A stretch of DNA of 64,000 nt from Escherichia phage vB_EcoM_G9062. The notes beneath the pieces were generated by a model. That model did no database searches and had not been told where the DNA came from. It saw only the letters and a program-made list of their open reading frames with translations. Shown piece after piece: positions 43,562 through 55,375 of the stretch. How positions within the stretch are numbered: the first letter of the stretch is position 1; every line of letters begins with the position of its first letter. A program made the position numbers and the translations under genes. The DNA is taken from sequence record NC_054920.1; one strand, 5' to 3'.

Positions 43562-43896
43562 AGTAGAAAATCTAATGTATTAGTTTTTTCACAACGAACA
43601 ACAGAAGGACGTAAAAGATTTTCGTCAATAGCTTCTGACTGAATTTTTTCAATTATACCCGAAGGAATAAATTTAGCAAATTGAGTTTCAGGAATAGAAT
43701 TTTCTTCTAAGAATGCTGTTGTAGCTTCAAGATAACTCATTCCAAACTCTTCTACCATTTTTTCAATAATAAATCCATTTTCTTGGCGGTCAAGAAGCTT
43801 TGCAATTTCATCCTTTTCTTTCTTAATTGAAAGTTCTTTTTCTGAAAGTCCGGTCTCATCGACCGGACGAATATCATTTAGAGAAAACTGTGTCAT
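43558..43896 (-). CDS. 33: Gp33 late transcription co-activator
   Basis: 112 aa from MTQFSLNDIRPV...; track ORF begins at an upstream TTG. Confidence 0.88.
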   Translation of the reverse strand: MTQFSLNDIRPVDETGLSEKELSIKKEKDEIAKLLDRQENGFIIEKMVEEFGMSYLEATTAFLEENSIPETQFAKFIPSGIIEKIQSEAIDENLLRPSVVRCEKTNTLDFLL

Positions 43897-44143
43897 AAAG
43901 TTCAACTACCTCTTCAGTTTCAGCTTCAAACACATCACGATTATCTTTATGATACAAAGCTAACAGACGATTAAACATCTTACCATCAACGCCAAGTTCA
44001 TCTTTGGCACGAATTCGAATATCTTTAATCAATTCATTATAACCAGAAATTTTCAGTTTATGATCAGATGCTTCTTTAATAAATTTAGCCAAGTCTTCGC
44101 CATGGATAGCTTCATCAAATTCAACCATTTCTTTTTTAGCCAT
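43874..44143 (-). CDS. dsbA: DsbA double-stranded DNA-binding protein
   Basis: 89 aa, synteny 33-dsbA-rnh. Confidence 0.8.
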   Translation of the reverse strand: MAKKEMVEFDEAIHGEDLAKFIKEASDHKLKISGYNELIKDIRIRAKDELGVDGKMFNRLLALYHKDNRDVFEAETEEVVELYDTVFSK

Positions 44144-44151
44144 TATTCACC

Positions 44152-45069
44152 TCAAAATTCATTAATGCTATTAGTTAATTTAGAAAGACCCGCTTTTACA
44201 AAATATGAATAAATTTTGCCGCGCGGTGGTAATTTATATGAATTATAGTAATTCACAATGTTTGAAGCAATATTATCAGGAATATAATCAAAATCAATTA
44301 GAACTAAATTTTCTTTATAACGATTATATTCAGATTCTGTGAGAAGCACCTTAGCTTGCTCACGGTCATTAGCAATAGCTTCAACAATAGAGGTTTTCAT
44401 TGAAGGAGTTCGTTCACCTTCAACTCTGGTAAACCAAAAGTCAGATCGTACTTTAACTGAAGCAACGTTATCCTTTTTGTCGCCTTTAAGGATTTTAGTC
44501 ATACAGTCAATTTCAGCAGAACCGCTTTTAATTTTAACCCATTTCTTGTGCATCGGTGACCATTGCTTAACATTTGGGTATTTGTGAAGTTGAGTAAAGT
44601 CACCATCCGACGAAATGATTAAAATCTTATGTCCTTCTAAAGAGAACTTTTTAACAAGAACAGCGATATGATCATCTGCTTCATACTTATCAATATCCAT
44701 AACGATGTATGGCATATAAGCTTTCAATTCATCTATAACTTTATGACTGGATTCAAAATAACCTTCCCAGTCCCAAGTAGATTCTTCTCGTGCTTTTCCA
44801 CGGTTTTTCTTATAATAATAAGCGAAATCACGACGCCAGTATCCAGATTTCGCATTATCAATACACAATACAATTTTAGTGTATCCAAGAGTTTTTGCTT
44901 TTTTAACATTGAACTTAATTGAGTTCAATATCAAATGACGAACCATTGATAAATTAATTTTTTCTTTATCTGGGAAGTTTACCAGAGCAGTTGAAAGCGC
45001 AATCTGACTAAAGTCAATTAAGCAAATTCCTTCTTTGTAATCTTCATCCAGCATCATTTCTAAATCCAT
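44152..45069 (-). CDS. rnh: RNase H (5'-3' flap exonuclease)
   Basis: 305 aa from MDLEMMLDEDYKEG...; track ORF begins at an upstream TTG. Confidence 0.9.
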   Translation of the reverse strand: MDLEMMLDEDYKEGICLIDFSQIALSTALVNFPDKEKINLSMVRHLILNSIKFNVKKAKTLGYTKIVLCIDNAKSGYWRRDFAYYYKKNRGKAREESTWDWEGYFESSHKVIDELKAYMPYIVMDIDKYEADDHIAVLVKKFSLEGHKILIISSDGDFTQLHKYPNVKQWSPMHKKWVKIKSGSAEIDCMTKILKGDKKDNVASVKVRSDFWFTRVEGERTPSMKTSIVEAIANDREQAKVLLTESEYNRYKENLVLIDFDYIPDNIASNIVNYYNSYKLPPRGKIYSYFVKAGLSKLTNSINEF

Positions 45070-45131
45070 ATGAACCTCGTTCAATTAGTGAGATTTCTAT
45101 TATATACTATCTAAATCTTAAAGTAAACAGG

Positions 45132-45139
45132 TATAAATA
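45132..45139 (+). promoter_or_regulatory. Late promoter TATAAATA for gene 34
   Basis: Exact TATAAATA about 35 nt upstream of the gene 34 ATG. Confidence 0.6.
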
Positions 45140-45173
45140 CTTATTATTGAAAACACAATAGGAGCCCGGGAGA

Positions 45174-48100
45174 ATGGCCGAGATTAAAAGAAAGTTCAGA
45201 GCAGAAGATGGTCTGGACGCAGGTGGCGATAAAATAATCAACGTAGCTTTAGCTGACCGTACCGTAGGAACTGACGGTGTTAACGTTGATTACTTAATTC
45301 AAGAAAACACAGTTCAGCAATATGATCCAACTCGTGGATATTTAAAAGATTTTGTAATCATTTATAATAATCGTTTTTGGGCAGCAACGGATAATATTCC
45401 AAAACCTGCTGGAAATTTTAATAGAATTCGTTGGAAAGCATTACGTACTGATGCCGTATATACAACCGTATCATCTGGACCATATCAATTAAAATCCGGA
45501 GAAGCAATTTCAGTAGATACATCAGTTGGCAATGACATTGAGTTTACTTTACCACCTTCTCCGCTTGATGGAGAAACCGTAATAATTCAAGATATCGGTG
45601 GAAAACCTGGCATAAATCAGGTTAAAATAAATTCTTCAAATCAGAGTATTGTCAATTTTAGAGGTGAACAGGTACGTTCAGTTTTAATGACTCATCCAAA
45701 GTCACAGATGATATTCATTTTTAATAATCGTTTGTGGCAAATGTATGTTGCTGATTATAGCAGAGAAGCTGCGATTGTTACTCCATCGACTGCGTATCAA
45801 GCACAATCTAATGATTTTATCGTACGTAGATTTACTTCTGCTGCACCAATTAATGTTAAACTTCCGAGATTTGCTAATCATGGCGATATTATTAATTTCG
45901 TTGATTTAGATAAACTGAATCCACTTTATCATACAATTGTTACTACATACGATGAAACGACTTCAGTACAAGAAGTTGGAACTCATTCCATTGAAGGCCG
46001 TACATCGATTGACGGTTTCTTGATGTTTGACGATAATGAGAAATTGTGGAGATTGTTTGACGGGGATAGTAAAGCACGTTTACGCATTATAACAACTAAT
46101 TCAAATATTCGTCCAAATGAAGAAGTCATGGTATTTGGCGCGAATAATGGAACAACCCAAACAATTGAACTTCAGCTTCCGACTGATATTTCTGTTGGTG
46201 ATACTGTTAAAATTTCCATGAATTACATGAGAAAAGGACAAACAGTTAAAATCAAAGCTGCTGGTGAAGATAAAATTGCTTCTTCAGTTCAATTGCTGCA
46301 ATTCCCAAAACGTTCAGAATATCCGCCTGAAGCTGAATGGGTAACAGTTCAAGAATTAGTTTTTAATGGTGAAACTAATTATGTACCAGTTTTGCAACTT
46401 GCTTATATAGAAGATTCTGATGGAAAATACTGGGTTGTACAGCAAAACGTTCCAACAGTTGAAAGAGTCGATTCTTTAAATAATTCTACTAGAGCAAGAT
46501 TAGGCGTAATTGCTTTAGCTACACAAGCTCAAGCAAATGCTGATTTAGAAAATTCTCCACAAAAAGAATTAGCAATTACTCCAGAAACGTTAGCTAATCG
46601 TACTGCTACTGAAACTCGCAGAGGTATTGCAAGAATAGCAACTACTGCTCAAGTAAATCAGAACACCACATTCTCTTTTGCAGATGACCTTATCATCACT
46701 CCTAAAAAGCTGAATGAAAGAACTGCTACAGAAACTCGTAGAGGTGTTGCTGAAATTGCTACGCAGCAAGAAACTAATACAGGTACTGATGATACTACAA
46801 TCATCACTCCTAAAAAGCTTCAAGCTCGTCAAGGTTCTGAATCATTATCTGGTATTGTAACTTTTGTATCTACCGCAGGAGCTACTCCAGCTTCTAGTCG
46901 TGAATTAAATGGTACGAATGTTTATAATAAAAACACTAATAATTTAGTTGTTTCACCTAAAGCTTTGGATCAGTATAAAGCTACTCCAACGCAACAAGGC
47001 GCAGTAATTTTAGCAGTTGAAAGTGAAGTAATTGCTGGACAAAGCCAAGAAGGATGGGCAAATGCGGTTGTAACGCCAGAAACGTTACATAAAAAGACAT
47101 CAACTGATGGAAGAATTGGTTTAATTGAAATTGCTACGCAAAGTGAAGTTAATACAGGAACTGACTATACTCGTGCAGTCACTCCTAAAACTTTAAATGA
47201 CCGTAGAGCAACTGAAAGTTTAAGTGGTATAGCTGAAATTGCTACGCAAGTTGAATTCGACGCAGGCGTCGACGATACTCGTATCTCTACACCATTAAAA
47301 ATTAAAACCAGATTTAATAGTACTGATCGTACTTCTGTTGTTGCTCTATCTGGATTAGTTGAATCAGGAACTCTCTGGGACCATTATACCCTTAATATTC
47401 TTGAAGCAAATGAGACACAGCGTGGTACACTTCGTGTAGCTACACAAGTTGAAGCTGCTGCAGGAACATTAGATAATGTTTTAATAACTCCTAAAAAGCT
47501 TTTAGGTACTAAATCTACCGAATCGCAAGAAGGTGTTATTAAAGTTGCAACTCAGTCTGAAACTGTGACTGGAACGTCAGCAAATACTGCTGTATCTCCA
47601 AAAAATTTAAAATGGATTGTGCAGAGTGAACCAACTTGGGCAGCAACTACTCTGATAAGAGGGTTTGTTAAAACTTCTTCTGGTTCATTAACGTTTGTTG
47701 GTAATGATACGGTAGGTTCAACACAGCCATTAGAATCATATGAGAAAAATGGTTATGCAGTATCACCATATGAATTAAATCGCGTATTAGCAAATTATTT
47801 GCCGTTAAAAGCAAAAGCTGCTGACGCAAATTTATTAGATGGTCTAGATTCATCTCAGTTCATTCGTAGGGATATTGCCCAGACAGTTAATGGTTCACTA
47901 ACCTTAACCAAACAAACGAACCTGAGTGCCCCTCTTGTATCATCTAGTACTGCTACGTTTGGTGGATCAGTTTCAGCAAATAGTACACTAACTATTTCTA
48001 ATACTGGAACGGCAACTCAATTAATTTTTGAGAAAGGACCTCAAACTGGAACAAACCCGACTCAAACAATGACTGTAAAAGTGTGGGGAAATCAATTTAG

Positions 48101-49043
48101 TGGGGAGTCAGACACAACACGTTCTACTGTATTTGAAGTTAGTGATGAAACTTCTAGTCATTTTTATTCTCAGCGTAATAAAGCTGGTAATATAACATTT
48201 AATATCAACGGTACAGTAACACCGATAAATGTGAATGCTTCAGGAACATTGAATGCGAATGGCGTTGCTACATTTGGTAATTCAGTCACTGCAACTGGTG
48301 AAATTATTTCTCGAAGCGCAAATGCTTTCCGTGCTATTAATGGAAATTATGGTTTCATTATTCGTAATGACGGGTCAGTAACGAATTTTATGCTTACTGC
48401 ATCAGGCAATCAAACTGGTGGATTTAATGGATTACGTCCATTGTCCATTAATAATCAATCTGGGCAGGTCACAATTGGTGAAAGCTTGATCATTGCTAAA
48501 GGTGCTACTATAAATTCAGGTGGTTTAACTGTTAACTCGAGAATTCGTTCTCAAGGTGTTAAAACATCTGATTTATATACCCGTGCGCCGACATCTGATA
48601 CTGTAGGATTCTGGTCAATCGATATTAATGATTCAGCCACTTATAACCAGTTCCCGGGTTATTTTAAAATGGTTGAAAAAACTAATGAAGTTACTGGACT
48701 TCCATACTTAGAACGTGGCGAAGAAGTTAAATCTCCTGGTACATTGACTCAGTTTGGTAACACACTTGATTCACTTTACCAAGATTGGATTACTTATCCA
48801 ACGACTCCAGAAGCACGTACCACTCGCTGGACACGTACATGGCAAAAAACTAAAAACTCTTGGTCAAGTTTTGTTCAGGTATTTGATGGAGGTAACCCTC
48901 CTCAACCTTCGGATATAGGAGCAATTCCATCTGATAATGGAATAATAGGTAATCTTACTATTCGTGATTTCTTACGAATTGGTAATGTTCGCATTATTCC
49001 TGACCCAGTGAATAAAACTGTTAAATTTGAATGGGTTGAATAA
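45174..49043 (+). CDS. 34: Long tail fibre proximal subunit gp34
   Basis: 1289 aa, same length as T4 gp34; internal repeats. Confidence 0.93.
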   Translation: MAEIKRKFRAEDGLDAGGDKIINVALADRTVGTDGVNVDYLIQENTVQQYDPTRGYLKDFVIIYNNRFWAATDNIPKPAGNFNRIRWKALRTDAVYTTVSSGPYQLKSGEAISVDTSVGNDIEFTLPPSPLDGETVIIQDIGGKPGINQVKINSSNQSIVNFRGEQVRSVLMTHPKSQMIFIFNNRLWQMYVADYSREAAIVTPSTAYQAQSNDFIVRRFTSAAPINVKLPRFANHGDIINFVDLDKLNPLYHTIVTTYDETTSVQEVGTHSIEGRTSIDGFLMFDDNEKLWRLFDGDSKARLRIITTNSNIRPNEEVMVFGANNGTTQTIELQLPTDISVGDTVKISMNYMRKGQTVKIKAAGEDKIASSVQLLQFPKRSEYPPEAEWVTVQELVFNGETNYVPVLQLAYIEDSDGKYWVVQQNVPTVERVDSLNNSTRARLGVIALATQAQANADLENSPQKELAITPETLANRTATETRRGIARIATTAQVNQNTTFSFADDLIITPKKLNERTATETRRGVAEIATQQETNTGTDDTTIITPKKLQARQGSESLSGIVTFVSTAGATPASSRELNGTNVYNKNTNNLVVSPKALDQYKATPTQQGAVILAVESEVIAGQSQEGWANAVVTPETLHKKTSTDGRIGLIEIATQSEVNTGTDYTRAVTPKTLNDRRATESLSGIAEIATQVEFDAGVDDTRISTPLKIKTRFNSTDRTSVVALSGLVESGTLWDHYTLNILEANETQRGTLRVATQVEAAAGTLDNVLITPKKLLGTKSTESQEGVIKVATQSETVTGTSANTAVSPKNLKWIVQSEPTWAATTLIRGFVKTSSGSLTFVGNDTVGSTQPLESYEKNGYAVSPYELNRVLANYLPLKAKAADANLLDGLDSSQFIRRDIAQTVNGSLTLTKQTNLSAPLVSSSTATFGGSVSANSTLTISNTGTATQLIFEKGPQTGTNPTQTMTVKVWGNQFSGESDTTRSTVFEVSDETSSHFYSQRNKAGNITFNINGTVTPINVNASGTLNANGVATFGNSVTATGEIISRSANAFRAINGNYGFIIRNDGSVTNFMLTASGNQTGGFNGLRPLSINNQSGQVTIGESLIIAKGATINSGGLTVNSRIRSQGVKTSDLYTRAPTSDTVGFWSIDINDSATYNQFPGYFKMVEKTNEVTGLPYLERGEEVKSPGTLTQFGNTLDSLYQDWITYPTTPEARTTRWTRTWQKTKNSWSSFVQVFDGGNPPQPSDIGAIPSDNGIIGNLTIRDFLRIGNVRIIPDPVNKTVKFEWVE
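46580..47620 (+). repeat. Degenerate tandem fibre repeats inside gene 34
   Basis: Recurring units such as ITPKKLxxRxATETRRGxAEIATQxE and AVTPKTLNDRRATESLSGIAEIATQ. Confidence 0.5.
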
Positions 49044-49051
49044 GAGGTATT

Positions 49052-50167
49052 ATGGAAAAATTTATGGCAGAGTTTGGACAAGGATATGTCCAAACGCCAT
49101 TTTTATCGGAAAGCAATTCAGTAAGATATAAAATAAGCATAGCGGGCTCTTGCCCGCTTTCTACTGCAGGGCCATATGTTAAATTTCAGGATAATCCCGT
49201 TGGAAATCAAACATTTAGTGCAGGTCTTCATTTAAGAGTTTTTGACCCTTCTACGGGAGCATTAGTTGATAGTAAGTCATATGCTTTTTCTGCTTCAAAC
49301 AATACAACATCTGCCGCTTTTGTCAGTTTCATGAATTCTTTGTCAAACAATAGACTTGTTGCTATATTAACTAGCGGAAAGGTTAATTTTCCTCCTGAAG
49401 TGGTATCTTGGTTAAGGGGAGCAGGAACTTCAGTTTTTCCATCAGATTCAGTATTGTCAAGATTTGACGTATCATATGCTGCTTTTTATACTTCTTCTAA
49501 AAGAGCTATTGCATTAGAGCATGTTAAACTAAGTAATAGAAAAAGCACAGATGATTATCAAACTATTTTAGATGTTGTATTTGATAGTTTAGAAGACGTC
49601 GGAGCGACAGGATTTCCAAAAAGAACTTATGAAAGTGTCGAGCAATTCATGTCAGCAGTTGGTGGAACTAATAACGAAATTGCGCGATTGCCAACTTCAG
49701 CTGCTATAAGTAAACTTTCTGACTATAATTTAATTCCTGGTGATGTTCTTTATCTTAAAGCACAGTTATATGCTGATGCTGATTTACTTGATCTTGGAAC
49801 TACAAACATATCCATTCGTTTTTATGATGCATCAAATGGATATATTTCCTCTACCCAAGCTGAGTTTACTGGGCAAGCTGGGTCATGGGAATTAAAGGAA
49901 GATTATGTAGTTGTTCCTGAAAATGCAGTCGGATTTACTATATATGCGCAGAGAACTGCTCAAGCTGGTCAAGGCGGAATGAGGAATTTAAGCTTTTCTG
50001 AAGTATCAAGAAATGGCGGCATTTCAAAACCTGCCGAATTTGGCGTCAACGGTATTCGCGTTAATTATGTCTGTGAATCGGCTTCACCTCCAGATATAAT
50101 GGTACTTCCTACACAAGCCTCTTCTAAAACTGGCAAAGTGTTTGGACAGGAATTTAGAGAAGTTTAA
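49052..50167 (+). CDS. 35: Long tail fibre hinge gp35
   Basis: 371 aa, synteny. Confidence 0.85.
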   Translation: MEKFMAEFGQGYVQTPFLSESNSVRYKISIAGSCPLSTAGPYVKFQDNPVGNQTFSAGLHLRVFDPSTGALVDSKSYAFSASNNTTSAAFVSFMNSLSNNRLVAILTSGKVNFPPEVVSWLRGAGTSVFPSDSVLSRFDVSYAAFYTSSKRAIALEHVKLSNRKSTDDYQTILDVVFDSLEDVGATGFPKRTYESVEQFMSAVGGTNNEIARLPTSAAISKLSDYNLIPGDVLYLKAQLYADADLLDLGTTNISIRFYDASNGYISSTQAEFTGQAGSWELKEDYVVVPENAVGFTIYAQRTAQAGQGGMRNLSFSEVSRNGGISKPAEFGVNGIRVNYVCESASPPDIMVLPTQASSKTGKVFGQEFREV

Positions 50168-50171
50168 ACTG

Positions 50172-50189
50172 AGGGAGCCTTCGGGTTCC
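50172..50189 (+). terminator. Terminator between genes 35 and 36
   Basis: gggagcc-ttcg-ggttccc then tttttcttt. Confidence 0.6.
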
Positions 50190-50198
50190 CTTTTTCTT

Positions 50199-50206
50199 TA
50201 TAAATA
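50199..50206 (+). promoter_or_regulatory. Late promoter TATAAATA for gene 36
   Basis: Exact TATAAATA about 25 nt upstream of the gene 36 ATG. Confidence 0.6.
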
Positions 50207-50229
50207 ATATTAAAATAAAGGGGCATATA

Positions 50230-50880
50230 ATGGCTGATTTAAAAGTAGGTTCAACTGTAGGTGGATCTGTCATTTGGCATCAAGGAAATTTTCCATTGAA
50301 TTCAGCCGGTGACGATGTACTCTACAAATCATTTAAAATATATTCAGAATATAATAAACCACAGGCAGCTGATAACGATTTCGTTTCTAAAGCTAATGGT
50401 GGTACTTACACCGGTCCAATTACTATTAATTACGGGGTAAATAGTTATCTTCAATTAAGTAATAATGAAACCCCCATTCGAATTCGTTCTGGTGGCGGTA
50501 CCGGTAATACTCTTGTAGTTGGCGGCTCTTCCGGCGGTATTAGTTTTAGACCTGCAGGTAGTGAAATCACTACTGGACAAATTACTATTACACCAGAAGG
50601 TTTGACAACATTTACCAGGGCTGTAACGGCTCCATCGGTAACTGTTACATCTACTCCTTCCGCAGCATCTGATGTTACTCGCAAAGATTATGTTGATGGA
50701 GCAATAAATACTGTTACAGCAAATGCAAACTCTAGGGTATTACGCTCTGGAGACACTATGACAGGAAATTTAACTGCGCCAAACCTTTTTTCACAGAATC
50801 CTGCATCTCAACCTTCACACGTTCCACGATTTGACCAAATCGTAATTAAGGATTCTGTTCAAGATTTCGGCTATTATTAA
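50230..50880 (+). CDS. 36: Long tail fibre distal connector gp36
   Basis: 216 aa, synteny. Confidence 0.88.
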   Translation: MADLKVGSTVGGSVIWHQGNFPLNSAGDDVLYKSFKIYSEYNKPQAADNDFVSKANGGTYTGPITINYGVNSYLQLSNNETPIRIRSGGGTGNTLVVGGSSGGISFRPAGSEITTGQITITPEGLTTFTRAVTAPSVTVTSTPSAASDVTRKDYVDGAINTVTANANSRVLRSGDTMTGNLTAPNLFSQNPASQPSHVPRFDQIVIKDSVQDFGYY

Positions 50881-50888
50881 GAGGACTT

Positions 50889-53855
50889 ATGGCTACTTTA
50901 AAACAAATACAATTTAAAAGAAGCAAAACTGCAGGTCAACGTCCTGCAGCTTCAGTATTAGCCGAAGGTGAATTGGCTATAAACTTAAAAGATAAAACAA
51001 TTTTCACAAAAGATGACTCAGGTAGTGTTATAGAATTAGGTTTAAAATATGGAGGAACTATAAATGGATCTTTAGAGGTTACAGAAAATATAACTGGAAC
51101 TTTAATTGGAAATTCTAGTACAGCTACTAAATTGCAAACACCTAGGAAAATTAATGGTATATCTTTTGATGGATCAAAGGACATTACACTAACTCCATCT
51201 GATATAAATGTAAATAGTACAACGTTTATAAAAAATAACGGCGAATTACCTGTTGATGCTAATTTAGATGAGTATGGGCCTGTTGAAGAATATCTTGGAG
51301 TTTGGTCGAAAGCAACTTCAACCAACGCTCAACCAGCAAATAAATTTCCAGAAGAAAATGCTGTAGGTGTTCTAGAAGTATTTGTGGCCGGTCAATTTGC
51401 TGGTACTCAGAGATATACAACTAGATACGGAAATGTTTATATTCGTTCCTTGACTGCTACATGGAACGGAGTAAACGGTCCGTGGAGTGCGTGGCGAAAT
51501 ATTCAATCTGGTACTCGTCCACTGTCAACAACGATTGATCTTAATGATCTAGGAGGCGCTGAACACCTTGGTTTGTGGCGAAATAGTTCAAATTCCATTG
51601 CTACCTTTGACAGAAATTTCCCAGAAGAAGGATCGTCCGCTCAAGGACTTTTAGAAGTATATGAAGGTGGAAACTATTCTCGCACACAGAGATATACGAC
51701 CAGATTTGGTGTTGTTTATACTCGTTGTCTTGCTGCTGCGTGGGATGCTTCTGCGCCTAAATGGGGACCTTGGCAACAAGTCGGTAATGTCACACCGGCG
51801 ACTTTCTATGACGGAGATCTGAATGATTTTAAAACTCCTGGGTTATATAATATTTTAGGCACTGATGCCGTTATTAACTGTCCTACCGGTGAAGGTTTGC
51901 CGACTGTTATTGTTGGTTTGCTGGAAGTTAAACAGCGTGCTTCTGGCGGTGCTATTTTCCAAAAATTTACTACTGCCGGAACGGGTGCAACTACTCGCGA
52001 TCGTATTTTTGAGCGTGCATATACTGGTGGTGTGTGGGGTGCATGGAACGAAGTATATACATCTTATTCTCTGCCAATTACTTTGGGTATGGGTGGTATT
52101 AAAACTCAATTAGCGGAGCTAGACTGGCAAACCTTTGATTTTGTTCCTGGTAGTATGTTTAGTGTTCCTTTGAACAAAATAAAGAACATGCCAGCAAATA
52201 TGGATTGGGGTGCGATTGACGGAAACTTGGTTATGTTTTCTGTCGGTCCTAGCGAACACACTAGCACAGGGCGTACTGTTCAGGTTTGGCGTGGTACTGT
52301 ATCCCAGACAAACTACCGTTATTTTGTCGTTCGTGTGTTCGGTAATTCTGGAAATAGAACTTGCACAGTTCGCCGTGTTGTTCTTGAAGACGGATCACAT
52401 ACTTGGACTGCTAAACAAGATTTTAATGGCGCAGTTAATTTTAACTCTACTGTTAACCTTAATAACACTACCACATTTAAAACAGAAGTTAAATTTCGCG
52501 CATTGAATGCGTTCCGCCTGTATGGCGGAAAATTTGGTACATTTTTCCGTAATGATGGAGAGAGTCTTTATATTCTTTCCACCGACGAAGATGATCAAGA
52601 TGGAAACTTTAACACAAATAGACCTTTCCGTTATGAATTAAGAACTGGTGATGTTACTTTGGGTGGTACTAGTGGTGCTAACGTTTTAAAATTAAAACGT
52701 GATTCTCTCACCGCATTTTTTGGTGGTGATATTAACATGAAAGGCTTGATGACTTTTGACGCCGGACGTTTAGGATCACGAGATTATTTTAAATTTAACC
52801 ATTGGGGTGATAGCAATAACGCTCGTGATAACATTATTCAGTTAGAAGATAGCAAAGGCGTTCATTTTTCCACTGAACGTACTTTAGCGACTGGTGCAAT
52901 TAAGACTAAATTTTTTGGTGAAGTTGAATCCGAAGGTAGATTGATTATTAAACGTCCGGGTGATTCTATTGTATTATCAACAACTGCTAGTAATTCTTTG
53001 CATATTCGCGGTGATATAGACGGGACTGGTAACTGGTATATTGGTAAAGGTGGTGCTGATAATGGATTAGCGTTCTATAGTTATGCTACTAATGCTGGTG
53101 TATACATTACAAACGCAGGAGATATCTCGCTAAGTCCAAAGGGTGCCGAAATGGCTCAGGTCAATAACGTTCGATTATATGTTCATGGTGAACGTTGGAC
53201 TGCTAGTCAACCAGGTGATTGGGGTAGTCAGTGGCAAGTGGAAGCGCCAATATTCGTCGATCATGGTTATGTTGGACCAGATAGCTATTATCCAATTATT
53301 AAAGGAAGAAGTGTAATCACCAATCAAGGGTTTGTAACTGCCGTCGATCTTGGTATTCGTCGTGTCAATAACAATTGGGGACAAGCAATTATTCGTGTTG
53401 GATCTGCGGAGGCATCGCCAGCGGCTGGACACCCTAACGCGATATTTGAATTTCATTACGACGGTACTTTCTATTCTCCTGGTAATGGTAACTTTAACGA
53501 TGTGTATATTCGTTCCGATGGTCGACTTAAGATCAATAAAGAAGAGTTAGAAAACGGAGCACTTGAAAAAGTATGCCGACTGAAAGTTTATACATACGAT
53601 AAGGTTAAGTCTATTAAAGATCGTAGTGTTATTAAACGTGAAGTTGGTATTATTGCTCAGGATCTTGAAAAAGAATTATCAGAAGCTGTATCTAAAGTTG
53701 AAGTTGATGGATCTGATGTTCTGACAATTTCTAACTCCGCTGTAAATGCTCTTTTAATTAAGGCTATCCAAGAAATGAGCGAAGAAATTAAAGAATTAAA
53801 AACGCCTTTCTTCACTAAAATTGCTCGCAAAATTAGTAATTATTTTAAATTCTAA
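50889..53855 (+). CDS. 37: Long tail fibre distal subunit gp37 with C-terminal intramolecular-chaperone-like domain
   Basis: 988 aa; N-terminus as T4 gp37; C-terminal ~113 aa begins [14 protein letters not shown] (S74-peptidase-like motif). Confidence 0.9.
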   Translation: MATLKQIQFKRSKTAGQRPAASVLAEGELAINLKDKTIFTKDDSGSVIELGLKYGGTINGSLEVTENITGTLIGNSSTATKLQTPRKINGISFDGSKDITLTPSDINVNSTTFIKNNGELPVDANLDEYGPVEEYLGVWSKATSTNAQPANKFPEENAVGVLEVFVAGQFAGTQRYTTRYGNVYIRSLTATWNGVNGPWSAWRNIQSGTRPLSTTIDLNDLGGAEHLGLWRNSSNSIATFDRNFPEEGSSAQGLLEVYEGGNYSRTQRYTTRFGVVYTRCLAAAWDASAPKWGPWQQVGNVTPATFYDGDLNDFKTPGLYNILGTDAVINCPTGEGLPTVIVGLLEVKQRASGGAIFQKFTTAGTGATTRDRIFERAYTGGVWGAWNEVYTSYSLPITLGMGGIKTQLAELDWQTFDFVPGSMFSVPLNKIKNMPANMDWGAIDGNLVMFSVGPSEHTSTGRTVQVWRGTVSQTNYRYFVVRVFGNSGNRTCTVRRVVLEDGSHTWTAKQDFNGAVNFNSTVNLNNTTTFKTEVKFRALNAFRLYGGKFGTFFRNDGESLYILSTDEDDQDGNFNTNRPFRYELRTGDVTLGGTSGANVLKLKRDSLTAFFGGDINMKGLMTFDAGRLGSRDYFKFNHWGDSNNARDNIIQLEDSKGVHFSTERTLATGAIKTKFFGEVESEGRLIIKRPGDSIVLSTTASNSLHIRGDIDGTGNWYIGKGGADNGLAFYSYATNAGVYITNAGDISLSPKGAEMAQVNNVRLYVHGERWTASQPGDWGSQWQVEAPIFVDHGYVGPDSYYPIIKGRSVITNQGFVTAVDLGIRRVNNNWGQAIIRVGSAEASPAAGHPNAIFEFHYDGTFYSPGNGNFNDVYIRSDGRLKINKEELENGALEKVCRLKVYTYDKVKSIKDRSVIKREVGIIAQDLEKELSEAVSKVEVDGSDVLTISNSAVNALLIKAIQEMSEEIKELKTPFFTKIARKISNYFKF

Positions 53856-53887
53856 CAACAAGGGGCTTTGCCCCTTTGGAGAAAATT

Positions 53888-54688
53888 ATGGCAGTAGTTG
53901 GTGTTCCCGGTTGGATTGGAAGTTCATCCGTAAATGAAACAGGACAACGATGGATGAGTCAAGCAGCTGGTCAATTAAGATTGGGTGTTCCTTGCTGGAT
54001 GAGCCAATTCGCCGGACGCTCAAGAGAGATTATTCATACTGTAAGTGCTAATCATAATTTTAATGGTCAGTGGTTCCGTGATAGATGCTTTGAAGCTGGC
54101 GGTGCACCCATTGTATTCAATATTGTTGGTGATATCGTTTCTTATTCTAAAGATGTGCCACTTTTCTTTATGTATGGGGATACGCCTAATGAATATGTTG
54201 TTCTTAATATTCATGGTGGTGTTCATATGTGGGGTCGTGGTGGTAATGGTGGATACACTCACTCAGGAGGCGACGGTAACGGTACACAAGGCGGTCATGT
54301 TATTCAAAATGATATCGGTGGACGGCTTCGTATTTGGAACTACGGTGTTATAGCTGCTGGTGGTGGCGGTGGTGGTGGTATTGCATATCGTCCACACTCA
54401 GGGGCAAACTGGCAAGATATCGGTGGCGGTGGTGGTCGACCTTTCGGTGGCGCTGGCGGCGGCGGTTATTCCGGTGGTGCTGCTTCGTATGAAGGTCCGG
54501 GTGGTGGTTATGACTATGGTAACGCACACTCCGGCGCTGGTGGTAATGCTGGTGCTTCTGGTCAGAATGCATGGTCTGACGGCGGTAAAGTTCTTAAAGT
54601 TGGTGTTGGTGGTGCGTCTGGTCATGCAGTGTTTGGATCTTCTCCAACTTGGGGTGCTGTTGGAACAATTTACGGACCAAGAGTATAA
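53888..54688 (+). CDS. 38: T2-type receptor-recognising adhesin gp38
   Basis: 266 aa from [13 protein letters not shown]...; conserved N-terminus and glycine-rich motifs; track ORF begins at TTG. Confidence 0.88.
   Translation: MAVVGVPGWIGSSSVNETGQRWMSQAAGQLRLGVPCWMSQFAGRSREIIHTVSANHNFNGQWFRDRCFEAGGAPIVFNIVGDIVSYSKDVPLFFMYGDTPNEYVVLNIHGGVHMWGRGGNGGYTHSGGDGNGTQGGHVIQNDIGGRLRIWNYGVIAAGGGGGGGIAYRPHSGANWQDIGGGGGRPFGGAGGGGYSGGAASYEGPGGGYDYGNAHSGAGGNAGASGQNAWSDGGKVLKVGVGGASGHAVFGSSPTWGAVGTIYGPRV
54347..54560 (+). repeat. Glycine-rich motif region of gp38 (low-complexity GGT/GGC codon runs)
   Basis: Encodes [12 protein letters not shown]...[19 protein letters not shown]...GPGGGYDYG...[10 protein letters not shown]. 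Confidence 0.75.
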
Positions 54689-54718
54689 TTTGAATAAATA
54701 TCCTTAAAAGGAGGGTCT

Positions 54719-55375
54719 ATGGCAGCACCTAGAATATCATTTTCGCCCTCTGATATTCTGTTGGGTGTTCTAGATCGCTTGTTCAAAGATAATGCTACCG
54801 GGAAAGTTCTTGCTTCCCGGGTAGCTGTCGTAATTCTTTTGTTTATAATGGCGATTGTTTGGTATAGGGGAGATAGTTTCTTTGAGTACTATAAGCAATC
54901 AAAGTATGAAACATATAGTGAAATTATTGAAAAGGAAAGAAATGCACGCTTTGAATCTGTCGCCCTGGAACAACTCCAGATAGTTCACATATCATCTGAG
55001 GCAGACTTTAGTGCGGTGTATTCTTTCCGCCCTAAAAACTTAAACTATTTTGTTGATATTATAGCATATGAAGGAAAATTACCTTCAACAATAAGTGAAA
55101 AATCACTTGGAGGATATCCTGTTGATAAAACTATGGATGAATATACAGTTCATTTAAATGGACGTCATTATTATTCCAACTCAAAATTTGCTTTTTTACC
55201 AACTAAAAAGCCTACTCCCGAAATAAACTACATGTACAGTTGTCCATATTTTAATTTGGATAATATCTATGCTGGAACAATAACTATGTACTGGTATAGA
55301 AATGATCATATAAGTAATGACCGCCTTGAATCAATATGTGCTCAGGCGGCCAGAATATTAGGAAGGGCTAAATAA
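54719..55375 (+). CDS. t: Holin T
   Basis: 218 aa, same length as T4 holin; single N-proximal TM segment. Confidence 0.92.
   Translation: MAAPRISFSPSDILLGVLDRLFKDNATGKVLASRVAVVILLFIMAIVWYRGDSFFEYYKQSKYETYSEIIEKERNARFESVALEQLQIVHISSEADFSAVYSFRPKNLNYFVDIIAYEGKLPSTISEKSLGGYPVDKTMDEYTVHLNGRHYYSNSKFAFLPTKKPTPEINYMYSCPYFNLDNIYAGTITMYWYRNDHISNDRLESICAQAARILGRAK

Noticed and set aside
54347-54560. Possible CRISPR array or satellite from repetitive GGT/GGC runs
   Set aside because: The repeats are in-frame glycine codons of the gp38 adhesin, with no spacer-repeat periodicity.
54348-54572. His/Arg-rich antisense ORFs inside gene 38
   Set aside because: Artefact of the glycine-codon-rich sense strand; they lie entirely inside the well-supported gp38 CDS.
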